Assembly (NCBI GenBank): GCA_016201825.1
Contig: JACQCD010000067.1
Span: forward strand, 1 to 58,630
Direction of reading: 5' to 3'
DNA length: 58,630 nt
DNA from: Nitrospirota bacterium
GTDB taxonomy: Bacteria > Nitrospirota > Nitrospiria > 2-01-FULL-66-17
Part shown: in pieces, positions 29,431 to 38,421 of the stretch
Numbering within the stretch: position 1 is the stretch's first letter
How the letters are laid out: each line of letters opens with the position of its first letter
The notes under the pieces: model-generated
What the model saw: only the letters and a program-made list of their open reading frames with translations
Told to the model about the DNA's origin: nothing
The model's database searches: none
Translations under genes and position numbers: made by a program

Positions 29431-29981
29431 CGAATCAGAAGTTGACGCTCCTCGTGGTCTTGGTCGCCCTGTGGGTGGGACTCCTTGCTTATCGGATCGT
29501 CACCCATGAACCGCCGAAGACCGCGCCGCTCACCTACGTGAAGGGCGCCGCCTCTCGCTTGACCGCGAAAAAGGGACAACCCGAGTTGCGCGTGAAGGTT
29601 GAGTTTCTCAACCCGTCACGCGTACCCGTCGAATCACCCAGAAATATTTTTGCCCCGGTCCAGGTGTACGTGCCGCCTCCGCCGCCTGCCCCCCCGCCCC
29701 CCCCGCCGCCTGCCCCCCCGCCCCCCCCGCCGCCGCCGTCCCCGGAGGAACTCGCTGCCCAGCGCGCACGAAGCGAGCTGGCGCAGTATAAGTATCTCGG
29801 GTACGTGGCGGGCGGTGGACACGAACGGGCCTTTCTGTCCCGCGGCAAAGATCTCTTTACCGTTGCTCGAGGGGAGTCGTTGGTCGGAGGAATCATCCTC
29901 AAGGACGTGACGCCGTCGTATGTCATCCTGCTGGAGCCTCAAGCCCGCATTGAAGTAACCGTCGCCCTCAGCGGAACCTAA
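29427..29981 (+). CDS. PilP/GspC-like protein with polyproline linker
   Basis: N-terminal TM, RNIF motif, Pro run, then beta-rich YLGY...AFL...V..G domain. Confidence 0.7.
   Translation: MTNQKLTLLVVLVALWVGLLAYRIVTHEPPKTAPLTYVKGAASRLTAKKGQPELRVKVEFLNPSRVPVESPRNIFAPVQVYVPPPPPAPPPPPPPAPPPPPPPPSPEELAAQRARSELAQYKYLGYVAGGGHERAFLSRGKDLFTVARGESLVGGIILKDVTPSYVILLEPQARIEVTVALSGT
29679..29734 (+). repeat. 24-bp tandem repeat (about 2.3 copies) with C7/C8 runs encoding polyproline
   Basis: CCGCCGCCTGCCCCCCCGCCCCCC at 29679 and 29703, partial third copy at 29727. Confidence 0.85.
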
Positions 29982-30085
29982 TAGGGCCCCCACTTTTTTC
30001 AGCCAGCTCGTCTTCCTTCTTGCGGCTTTTCCACCCTCTGCTATAGTTTTTTCATGTTGGTTGCCTGCAAAGTCCTGTAAGGCCG

Positions 30086-31780
30086 ATGTCCCTCCCCCAG
30101 CAGAAGCGCAAAATGCTCGGCGAGATGTTGATCGCCGAAGGCCTGCTGACCGCGGAACAACTCGATCACGCCTTGGCCGAGCAACGTCGTCACGGCGGGC
30201 GTATCGGGGCGATCCTCAAAGGTCTGGGATATGTGACCGAAGAGGGCATCATCAAAACACTGGGCCGCCAAACCGGTATTCCCCATCAGACCCTCTCCAC
30301 AATCATTATCGATGCTGATGTCATCAAGTTAGTTCCCGAACTGCTCGCTCGCCGCCACCAAGCGATCCCCCTCTATAAGAAGGGGGAGACGCTGACCCTG
30401 GCGATGGTCGATCCGCTCAACGTGGTGGCGGTGGATGATATCGCCCGTGTCACCGGCTTGGAGATCCAGCCCGTGGTCAGTACCGAGCAAGATGTCATGC
30501 GGGCGATCGAACGCCAGTATGGGATGAGCTCGACGATTGAGGAGGCGGTCAAGAATCTCGAACCCTACGATGACCGGCAGGACGCTCAATCGGTCCAGAT
30601 GGAGCGATTGGCCGAAGAGACGCCGGTCGTCAAGTTCGTCGCAACGATCATCACCCAGGCTGTCCACGAGGGGGCCAGCGATATCCACATCGAACCGGAC
30701 CCCGAAGTGCTCCGCGTGCGCCACCGGGTTGATGGATTGTTACGGGAGATTACTACCGCTCCGAAGGGCCTCCAAGGGGGGGTGTTATCTCGGATCAAGA
30801 TTATGGCCGGCATGGATATCTCGGAAAAACGAGCGCCCCAGGACGGCCGGATCGAGATGAAGGTCGGCGAGCGCGATATTGATCTCCGGGTCTCCACGCT
30901 CCCGACGATCCATGGCGAGAAAGTCGTTCTCAGGATTCTGGATAAGCGGCAGAGCGTGATTAAACTCTCGGAGTTGGGGTTTCCCCCGTCGATGTACGAC
31001 GTCGTCCATCGGTTGGTGGAGCGGCCCCACGGTTTGTTTTTGGTCACCGGCCCGACCGGGGGCGGGAAAACCACCACGCTCTGCGCAGCACTGAACACCA
31101 TCAATACGATGGCGCGCCACATCGTGACGATCGAGGACCCCGTTGAATATCAGATGAAGATCATTTCGCAGGTTCAGGTCAACCCCAAGGCCGGGGTCAC
31201 GTTCGCCAACGGGTTGCGGTCGATCCTCCGCCAAGACCCCGACGTGATCATGGTGGGCGAAATCAGAGACCGCGAGACCGCGACCATCGCCATCCAAGCC
31301 GCGTTAACCGGTCACCTCGTTCTCTCCACCCTCCATACGAACGATGCTCCCAGTGCCGTTGCGCGATTAATTGATATCGGGGTCGAACCATTCCTCATCG
31401 CCTCGTCTCTTCTAGGCGTCATCGCTCAACGCCTGGTGCGAAAAGTGTGTCTCACGTGCCAGAAACCAGAGGAGCTTCCTCAGAACGTGTTGAAGGGCCT
31501 CGTTCTTGAAGCGAGCACCGTCAAGCCCATGAAGGGGGTCGGATGCACCGGGTGTCGGAACACCGGATACAGCGGGCGGATTGGGATCTTTGAGTTGTTG
31601 ACGACCAACGACGCCCTTCGCGAACTGATCGTCGACAGAGCGTCAGCCTCTCGGATGAAGGCGGAGGCACTGCGGGCCGGCTATGTTCCGCTGCGGCAAG
31701 CTGGATTGGCCAAGGTTGCGGTCGGGCTGACCACCTTGGAGGAAGTCTATCGAGTCACTCAAGAAGTCGACGGGGAGTGA
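30086..31780 (+). CDS. GspE/PilB-family ATPase, MshE-like (second copy)
   Basis: MshEN-like LGEMLIAEGLL...L...L.EQ plus RIG repeat; GPTGGGKT; DPDVIMVGEIRD; CxxC pairs. Confidence 0.95.
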   Translation: MSLPQQKRKMLGEMLIAEGLLTAEQLDHALAEQRRHGGRIGAILKGLGYVTEEGIIKTLGRQTGIPHQTLSTIIIDADVIKLVPELLARRHQAIPLYKKGETLTLAMVDPLNVVAVDDIARVTGLEIQPVVSTEQDVMRAIERQYGMSSTIEEAVKNLEPYDDRQDAQSVQMERLAEETPVVKFVATIITQAVHEGASDIHIEPDPEVLRVRHRVDGLLREITTAPKGLQGGVLSRIKIMAGMDISEKRAPQDGRIEMKVGERDIDLRVSTLPTIHGEKVVLRILDKRQSVIKLSELGFPPSMYDVVHRLVERPHGLFLVTGPTGGGKTTTLCAALNTINTMARHIVTIEDPVEYQMKIISQVQVNPKAGVTFANGLRSILRQDPDVIMVGEIRDRETATIAIQAALTGHLVLSTLHTNDAPSAVARLIDIGVEPFLIASSLLGVIAQRLVRKVCLTCQKPEELPQNVLKGLVLEASTVKPMKGVGCTGCRNTGYSGRIGIFELLTTNDALRELIVDRASASRMKAEALRAGYVPLRQAGLAKVAVGLTTLEEVYRVTQEVDGE

Positions 31781-31906
31781 CGAAAAATGACCGGGATAGG
31801 AAATGGAAACCACACCGATGAGGAATAGAGCGGCTCGGGCGGGTTCTATTGGAGGAAGACGGCAACGATATTGAGGGAAATGGATGGTCGAGTTGGAGTT
31901 CCAACA

Positions 31907-31922
31907 TGGCACACGCTTTGCC
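31907..31922 (+). promoter_or_regulatory. Sigma54 (-24/-12) promoter upstream of the mshG-like/pilin genes
   Basis: TGGCAC-ACGCT-TTGC consensus match within a 157-bp intergenic gap; dyad GTTGGA-GT-TCCAAC immediately upstream. Confidence 0.7.
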
Positions 31923-31937
31923 TATGTCGTCAGCCCA

Positions 31938-33170
31938 ATGACCGTTTATCGCTATAAGGCTCGTGATTCGAATGGAATCCTCATGACCGGGGTCATGGAA
32001 TCCTCTGGACGCGAAGCGGCCGCCCTCCAGCTGGATCAACTGGGTTACCTTCCTATTCGGATCGAGGAAACCAAGGGGTGGGATTGGCGGGAGTCCATCA
32101 AGGCGTTCGAGACCTTCACGACCCGCATCAGCGCCGAAGATCTCATCATCTTGACACGCCAGATGGCGACGCTGATCACAGCGGGACTCTCTTTTGTCTC
32201 GGTGTTCGACGCGTTGGTCGAACAGACCATGAATCCAAAACTCAAGGGTATTCTCATCCAAGTTCGGCAAGATGTAGAAGGTGGGATGGCATTCTCCGAT
32301 GCGCTGGCTAAACACCCGGCTGTTTTTGACCACTTGTATGTCAGCATGATCAGAGCAGGGGAGACGGCTGGTGTGTTGGACGAGATGTTGGATCGTTTGG
32401 CGTTTTTGGCCGAGCACGATGCGGAGACCCGGGCGAGGATCAATGCAGCGACCAGGTACCCCAAGATTGTTCTGGTGGCGCTGGCGGTGGCGTTCGGTAT
32501 CTTGGTGACATTCGTCATCCCCCGGTTCACTATTCTGTATGACAATTTTCATGCCACCCTTCCTTTTCCGACACGCATGTTGATTGGTCTCAATAATCTC
32601 GTTCACTCCCATGGCCTTGTTGTGCTCATTATGCTGATAGGTATTATCTTTGGTGCTCGCGCGTATCTTAAGACACCCGTCGGCCATGCTTGGTGGGATA
32701 CGATGCAGCTTAGACTGCCGATCTTCGGACCGTTGCTTCTCAAGTCAGCATTGTCGAGGTTTGCGCGCGTGTTCGGCACCTTGAACCGATGTGGACTGCC
32801 TGCCTTGGAAGCACTCGATATTGTCTCCAAAACAGTGGGTAACGTCGCCTTGTCCCGGGCCATTGACACCATCGGCGAGGGTGCACGTCAGGGGCGAGGC
32901 CTTGTGCAGCCGATGAAGGCCAGCAAGCTGTTCCCTGCTGGTGTAGTCCAAATGATTTCGATCGGTGAGGAAACCGGACAATTGGAGCCGATGCTTATGA
33001 AAGTGTCCGAGTACTACGACCGGGAAGTCGACTATGCGATTAAGAACCTCTCGGCCTCGCTCGAACCGATGTTGCTGGTTGTGATTGGTGGCGCCGTACT
33101 GTTTTTGGCCTTGGCGATCTTTCTTCCCTGGTGGAACCTCATTAACGTCTTCAAAGGGGGCGGAGGTTAA
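31938..33170 (+). CDS. GspF/PilC-family platform protein, MshG-like (intact)
   Basis: YRYKARD..G, RQMATLITAG, AGETAG, GEETG, LEP, AIFLPWW. Confidence 0.93.
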   Translation: MTVYRYKARDSNGILMTGVMESSGREAAALQLDQLGYLPIRIEETKGWDWRESIKAFETFTTRISAEDLIILTRQMATLITAGLSFVSVFDALVEQTMNPKLKGILIQVRQDVEGGMAFSDALAKHPAVFDHLYVSMIRAGETAGVLDEMLDRLAFLAEHDAETRARINAATRYPKIVLVALAVAFGILVTFVIPRFTILYDNFHATLPFPTRMLIGLNNLVHSHGLVVLIMLIGIIFGARAYLKTPVGHAWWDTMQLRLPIFGPLLLKSALSRFARVFGTLNRCGLPALEALDIVSKTVGNVALSRAIDTIGEGARQGRGLVQPMKASKLFPAGVVQMISIGEETGQLEPMLMKVSEYYDREVDYAIKNLSASLEPMLLVVIGGAVLFLALAIFLPWWNLINVFKGGGG

Positions 33171-33177
33171 TGGCGCG

Positions 33178-33570
33178 GTGCTCTGGCGAGAGGAGCATGG
33201 GCGGACGGCTTTTGACGCACTGGTGGCCTGTACTCTCGTGGCAGGCTTCTTGATCGTGATGATGGCCTACTTCGAGCATGCGATTCGAGAGGCGAGGGAA
33301 ACTGCCCTCAAGATGGGCCTCGCCAACATTCGGATGTCCGTTAGGTTGTTCCACGCACTGAACGAACGGAACCCTGGGAATATCACGGACCTGCTGACCC
33401 AAAAGCTTCTCTTTCCAACAAGCGAGGGCACGTTCTTTAGCGATAGCTACCTCCAGGCACAAGCCTTGGACAATCAGGGTTATCCGGTCGATCCGTTTGG
33501 CCACCGGTACCGCTATGGCCAGGAACGTGGGAGTGTGTCGTCTACTACGAAAGGATACGAACAGTGGTAA
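33178..33570 (+). CDS. Atypical pilin-like protein, MshF-like
   Basis: G|RTAFDAL followed by a hydrophobic helix, AREtALK..LANIR, DPFG..Y.Y. GTG start inferred from GGAGGT SD. Confidence 0.6.
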   Translation: MLWREEHGRTAFDALVACTLVAGFLIVMMAYFEHAIREARETALKMGLANIRMSVRLFHALNERNPGNITDLLTQKLLFPTSEGTFFSDSYLQAQALDNQGYPVDPFGHRYRYGQERGSVSSTTKGYEQW

Positions 33571-33667
33571 ATGTTCGTGAGGCGTGTGGGTATGTTGTGA
33601 GCAAGCAAGGGGCATCAGCGAAGGCATTCATCGTGTCTGGTCAACCAAACAACAGGAGGGCGTCGAA

Positions 33668-34108
33668 ATGAAGCTAGTCAAGGACCAATCTGGTTTTACG
33701 ATGATCGAATTGGTGGTGGTGATTGTGATCCTAGGTATCTTGGCGGCGTTTGCGGTTCCGCAATTCGCTAACCTCCGCACGGAAGCCCGAGTTGCGGCGG
33801 TCAACGCCATGGCCGGTGGTCTACGAGGCGCTGTGGCAGTCGCGCGGGCGAAGTACCAGGTGGTAAATAGCTTGGCAGCGACGACCGTTGACATGGATGG
33901 GGTTTCCGTAACTGTTTCGGCCGCAACGGGCATTCCCCGCAGCGCGACCGGAGGTATCAATCTGGCCATCGCGGACTATAGTGGGTTTACCTACACGACG
34001 GGTGCTCCTACGGCGACCTTTTGGCCGGCCAGTGGGGGAAGCGCGACGTGCGACGTGACCTATACTGATGTCACCGGTGCTGTAGGCACAAATATAGGCG
34101 GTTGTTAG
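33668..34108 (+). CDS. Type IV major pilin, MshA-like (copy 1)
   Basis: QSG|FTMIELVVVIVILGILAAFAVPQF; C-terminal Cys pair; AGGAGG SD. Confidence 0.93.
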   Translation: MKLVKDQSGFTMIELVVVIVILGILAAFAVPQFANLRTEARVAAVNAMAGGLRGAVAVARAKYQVVNSLAATTVDMDGVSVTVSAATGIPRSATGGINLAIADYSGFTYTTGAPTATFWPASGGSATCDVTYTDVTGAVGTNIGGC

Positions 34109-34237
34109 TCGGGGGGGGCAAAACGCCGAGTTGCCACGGGCATGGGTTCCTCAGTGCAACCACGCAATCCCTTAAGTCCCCATTCTCAAAAGTGGACAGG
34201 AAGAAAAGGCGTCTATCTAAAAAAGGAGGATGTTAGA

Positions 34238-34678
34238 ATGCGAGTACTTAAGAGCCAATCGGGTTTTACCATGATCGAGCTGGTGGTGGTGATCGTTATC
34301 CTGGGGATCTTGGCGGCGTTTGCGGTTCCGCAGTTTGCCAATCTTCGTTCCGAGGCACGGACTGCAGCCGTCAATGGCATCGCTGCTGGCCTTCGAGCCG
34401 CTGTGGCGGTGGCGAAGGCGAAGTACCAGGTCGTGAATAACATGGCGCTAACGACCGTCGACATGGACGGGAACTCGGTCACCGTCACGGCTGCTACGGG
34501 CGTTCCCCGCAGCGCGACCGGAGGTATCAATGTGGCCATTGCGGACTATAGTGGGTTTACCTACACGACGGGTGCTCCTACGTCGACCTTTTGGCCGACC
34601 AGTGGGGGAAGCGCGACGTGCGGGGTGACTTATACTGATGTTACTGGTGCTTTGGTTGTGGACACAAGCACCTGTTAG
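34238..34678 (+). CDS. Type IV major pilin, MshA-like (copy 2)
   Basis: Same length and cleavage motif as copy 1; AAGGAGG SD. Confidence 0.93.
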   Translation: MRVLKSQSGFTMIELVVVIVILGILAAFAVPQFANLRSEARTAAVNGIAAGLRAAVAVAKAKYQVVNNMALTTVDMDGNSVTVTAATGVPRSATGGINVAIADYSGFTYTTGAPTSTFWPTSGGSATCGVTYTDVTGALVVDTSTC

Positions 34679-34776
34679 CGGGACGCGAACAAATAGCTGT
34701 GAGGAGAGGCAGGCCGGAGGAAGTCGTGCCTGCCTTTTCTCTTCGAGGCGGAGGCGATACGGGTTCAAAGAAGGAT

Positions 34777-35304
34777 ATGAGAAAGGCCACGGTGGCAGCC
34801 AATCTCAGGAGCGTCAGAGGGTTCACGCTGATCGAGCTTGTTGTCATCATCGTGATTGTCGTCCTTCTGGCGGCGGCCGCGGTTCCTCGTCTGGCCAACA
34901 TGACCGGTATGAAGGCGTCGGCGAGCGCACGAAGGCTTCAGTCGGATATGGCATATGCCCAGAATCTGTCCATGTCCCAGAATCAACGATTCAGAATCGT
35001 TTTCCTTTCTACGACGTCGTACGAAGTCAGAGACCAATCCGGAGTGCTGGCAACGAACCCTGATGGGGGAGCAGGCTTTGTTGTGACGACGGACGCTGGG
35101 ATCACGCTGAGCTGGCTTCTCAACGCCGATGCAGCGATCAATAGGGGAGTCGAGTTCGACGGCTTGGGTCGCCCATACCTGTACGCGGGCATCACGCCGT
35201 CAATTACGGACCTGGTGAATGGAACTGTCACGGTGACTGGCGGGCCTCCCCCCCCCCAAACCGTCACGGTGCAGCCCCAGACCGGACGGGTGAGCACACC
35301 GTAG
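34777..35304 (+). CDS. Minor pilin, MshC/FimT-like
   Basis: RG|FTLIELV; DMAYAQ.LSM; FDGLGRP; V.PQTG.V. Confidence 0.85.
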   Translation: MRKATVAANLRSVRGFTLIELVVIIVIVVLLAAAAVPRLANMTGMKASASARRLQSDMAYAQNLSMSQNQRFRIVFLSTTSYEVRDQSGVLATNPDGGAGFVVTTDAGITLSWLLNADAAINRGVEFDGLGRPYLYAGITPSITDLVNGTVTVTGGPPPPQTVTVQPQTGRVSTP

Positions 35305-35358
35305 GCGATCGCGGGCTTTGCCCCGATATCACAAAAGATGGTTTGAGGGCTTGGTTTG

Positions 35359-35805
35359 ATGCAGGAACGGGGCTTCACACTCATCGAGACGGTGATCGTG
35401 GTGGTCGTCATCGGTTTGGCGTTTGGGATTTTGGTCCCATTCGCGGTGAGCCTCAGAAATAGCCCCTCGCCTGTGTTAACCGAACTGGGGGTTGCTTTGG
35501 CTCAGGAAAAAATCGAGCAGATTATTGCGGATCGCCGGGATACGGGTATTCCGAGAGGTTTTGTGTACGCGACGACTCCGGCGAATTATCAGGCGGAGTC
35601 GTCGGCGGTCGTGGGATTCGACGGCTTCACGCGCTCGGTGGCGATCGCCTGTGTGACCACAGCGGATTTTAAGGCGGCTGGCGCGGCTCCCAGTCCCTCA
35701 TGCGCGGTCAGCGCCGGGCAAACCGATTACGCCCGCGTCACCGTCTCAGTGAGTCACTCTACCTTTGGCAGTCTCACCGTGGAGGCGTTGCTCGCGAATT
35801 ATTGA
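35359..35805 (+). CDS. Minor pilin, MshD/PilV-like
   Basis: RG|FTLIET; LAQEKIEQI; VTVSV...ANY C-terminus. Confidence 0.82.
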   Translation: MQERGFTLIETVIVVVVIGLAFGILVPFAVSLRNSPSPVLTELGVALAQEKIEQIIADRRDTGIPRGFVYATTPANYQAESSAVVGFDGFTRSVAIACVTTADFKAAGAAPSPSCAVSAGQTDYARVTVSVSHSTFGSLTVEALLANY

Positions 35806-35842
35806 GGCCGAAGACTGAGCGCGTTTAAATCGGAATGAGGCG

Positions 35843-36373
35843 ATGTCCAACTGGCATCTTAAAAACGTAAGGCATGGAGCGCTTGTGTTTAATCGACGGC
35901 AGGCCGGATTCACTTTTATCGAGTTGGTCATCACGATCGTGCTTGTCGGAATCATCTCAACAATCGGCTCGCTGCTCATCATGCAAGGGACGAAGGAGTA
36001 TATCGCCCAGGACGTGAGGGCCGGCCTTGCGAACCAGGGGCGACTGGGGATCGAGCGAATGGCACGAGAAATTCGGGCTATCCGAAGTCGAACGGCGGCG
36101 GACATTCCCGTGTGGGGCGCCGGGACCTTGCAGTTCACCGATGTGACAGGAGCTGCCATTACCTACACGGTCGGTGCCGGGGCATTGACAAGGAATGGGA
36201 CGGTTCTCGCTTCGGACGTCTCAGGCCTGGCATTTTCATACCTTCAAAATGACGGCGTCACGGCAGCCACCGCCGCCACCAACATCTGGATCATCCAGAT
36301 CAATCTCACCGTGACCAGATCCGGTGAGACGCAAACCCTTCGCATCCGTGTTCACCCCAGGAGTTTTACGTGA
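35843..36373 (+). CDS. Minor pilin, MshO/PilW-like
   Basis: AG|FTFIELV; ERMAREIR; C-terminal RVHPRS. Confidence 0.85.
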   Translation: MSNWHLKNVRHGALVFNRRQAGFTFIELVITIVLVGIISTIGSLLIMQGTKEYIAQDVRAGLANQGRLGIERMAREIRAIRSRTAADIPVWGAGTLQFTDVTGAAITYTVGAGALTRNGTVLASDVSGLAFSYLQNDGVTAATAATNIWIIQINLTVTRSGETQTLRIRVHPRSFT

Positions 36374-38262
36374 GACCCTGGCTGAGGCGTATTCTGAGTT
36401 CCGAGCGTGGCGCGTCGCTCATTGTCGCGATTTTCCTGATCGTCATTGTGGGGTTCTTCGGTACGATAATGGGCTCGTTGATCAGCACGCAGAATTTCAC
36501 TGCCCTGAACGAGGTGCGGTCCACCCAGGCATTGTACGTGGCCGACGGTGGCCTTGAGCGGGCCCTGTACGCATATCGGAACGGCACTCCGTGCAATACG
36601 CTTGCATACGCTGCCGTTCCGTTAGGCTCTGGAAACTTTACGACCACCGGAACGCTGTACAATCCTACGTCCACCACGCTCTCGGCTCCTGGTATTACGG
36701 ACTTCGCAACCGATATTCCTGTGGCGCCCACCGTGGGATATGCTCCTCACGGGCGGATCAGAATCGAATCGGAGGAGATCACGTACGCGGCGTTCGTCGG
36801 CAACACCTTCACCGGCGCACGACGTGGGGTGGCGGGGACCGCCCGCGCCTCTCATCTACCCGGGGTGGCCGTATCCCAGAACGAGTGCGTGGTGCGATCA
36901 ATCGGAAATATTCCGGGCGCAGTAGGGACCGGTCAGCGGGTAGTAGAGATGGCCGAAGGTGGGGTCAGTACGCGGCAGGGAAGCTTTACCAAACAAAATG
37001 GGTTAGGTAATCAAGTCATTACCGGAGTAGGCTTCCGTCCCAAGGCCGTGCTTTTTTATTGGACGCGCCACACGGCCGTCCCGCCTGCCGTCTCGCCTTT
37101 TGCGCCTCAGAATTCTCGGAATAATTTGGGAGTCGGGTTTGCGAGCGGTCCGGCCAATGTCGGTGCGGTTTCGGTAACGGCGCGAGACAGACGAAACAGT
37201 TCGGATGACGGGCGGATGCGATCGGCCACCTATCCGATCATTTTCCTGACCGGTGGAGGTGGAGGAGGGCAGCCGACCGTGGTGGCGAGAGCGCAGTTGG
37301 CCTCGCTGGACGCAGATGGGTTTACCATCAACTGGACGACCAACACGGATGCCAATCCGTATATTGTCCATTATGTGGCTCTGGGAGGTGATATTACCAA
37401 TGCCATGGCCAGCACCTTCAACTTAACGACCGCCGCTGGTAATCAAGCGGTGGCCGGTCTAGGCTTTCGGCCCGACTTCGTCATGTTCCTGTGGAGCTTC
37501 ACTGAGGCTGTGGATACGACCGGGGTTGGGAACACTGAGATCGGCGTAGGCTTTGCGGCTGGTCCGGCATCCAGGGCGGCGATGGTGTATTCGGGACGAG
37601 ATGCAATTGGATCCAATCTCGATAAAAGATGGTGGCAGCGAACGGACTCGGCGATCTTACTTTTTGACCCGGCCCCCGTTGGCCCACCCTTGACGCCGAG
37701 CCAAGACGCTATTGCAGACTTTGTGTCGATGGATGCAGACGGTTTTACCGTAAACAAATCAGATCCGCCTGCAGCAGCCACTCCCATCTTCTTTCTAGCT
37801 CTCAGAGGCGGTCGTCACAGCGTAGGAGCGTTTAATCAAGCCACCGTGGTGGGCAATCAGAGTATCGCCGGAGTCGGCTTCAAGCCGGAACAATTGTTTA
37901 TGGCGAGCTTCAACCTGTCAGCGACCAACGTAATTTCCTCGCTGGGAGGTATCTCGTACGGTGCCGCTCAGTTTCCCGCGACCAGAGGGAGTGTTTGGCT
38001 CCAAGATCGAACCGACAACGATCCGTCGGATGCCAATATGTACACGGCGACCACCGATGCGATGACGATGGCCAATGGGACTGCTGTAGGCTTTGCAGAC
38101 GGAAACCCCGTCGTTCAGGCTCAGGCTGGCCTCGCTTCGTTTGGAAGCGATGGGTTTACGTTGAACTGGACGACGGCGTCGGTTCCATCCCGGCAGGTTC
38201 TCTATTGGGCGATTGGCCCCAACGTGGCGGTCAGTAGGGTTGATTGGCAAGGGTTGTACTGA
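36370..38262 (+). CDS. MshP/PilX-like minor pilin with large inserted beta-rich modules (putative tip adhesin)
   Basis: RG|ASLIVAIF (no Glu5), QALYVADGGLERA PilX motif; three internal repeats of about 140 aa. Confidence 0.85.
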   Translation: MRPWLRRILSSERGASLIVAIFLIVIVGFFGTIMGSLISTQNFTALNEVRSTQALYVADGGLERALYAYRNGTPCNTLAYAAVPLGSGNFTTTGTLYNPTSTTLSAPGITDFATDIPVAPTVGYAPHGRIRIESEEITYAAFVGNTFTGARRGVAGTARASHLPGVAVSQNECVVRSIGNIPGAVGTGQRVVEMAEGGVSTRQGSFTKQNGLGNQVITGVGFRPKAVLFYWTRHTAVPPAVSPFAPQNSRNNLGVGFASGPANVGAVSVTARDRRNSSDDGRMRSATYPIIFLTGGGGGGQPTVVARAQLASLDADGFTINWTTNTDANPYIVHYVALGGDITNAMASTFNLTTAAGNQAVAGLGFRPDFVMFLWSFTEAVDTTGVGNTEIGVGFAAGPASRAAMVYSGRDAIGSNLDKRWWQRTDSAILLFDPAPVGPPLTPSQDAIADFVSMDADGFTVNKSDPPAAATPIFFLALRGGRHSVGAFNQATVVGNQSIAGVGFKPEQLFMASFNLSATNVISSLGGISYGAAQFPATRGSVWLQDRTDNDPSDANMYTATTDAMTMANGTAVGFADGNPVVQAQAGLASFGSDGFTLNWTTASVPSRQVLYWAIGPNVAVSRVDWQGLY

Positions 38263-38356
38263 GACCGGAGTTGTTCCGGCTATCGGTCGTCGCTCATCTG
38301 TTCCGCATCAACCTTCCCGCTCCCCGATCTTTCCTGGACGATGGTCTCTAGCCGTC

Positions 38357-38384
38357 TTGACAGCGCGCAACCGCGGGATACACT
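38357..38384 (+). promoter_or_regulatory. Putative sigma70 promoter for the MerR-like gene and pilMNOPQ
   Basis: TTGACA-16 nt-TACACT. Confidence 0.45.
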
Positions 38385-38421
38385 TCCTCAGGGTGTAGAA
38401 AACTAAATCTAGAAGAACACG

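Noticed and set aside
34109-34237. c-di-GMP riboswitch or invertible switch between the two pilins
   Set aside because: No GEMM consensus, no flanking inverted repeats and no recombinase; only a G8 run and a weak hairpin.
33933-34641. Diversity-generating retroelement template/variable repeat pair
   Set aside because: Mismatches are not adenine-specific and no reverse transcriptase is in the window.
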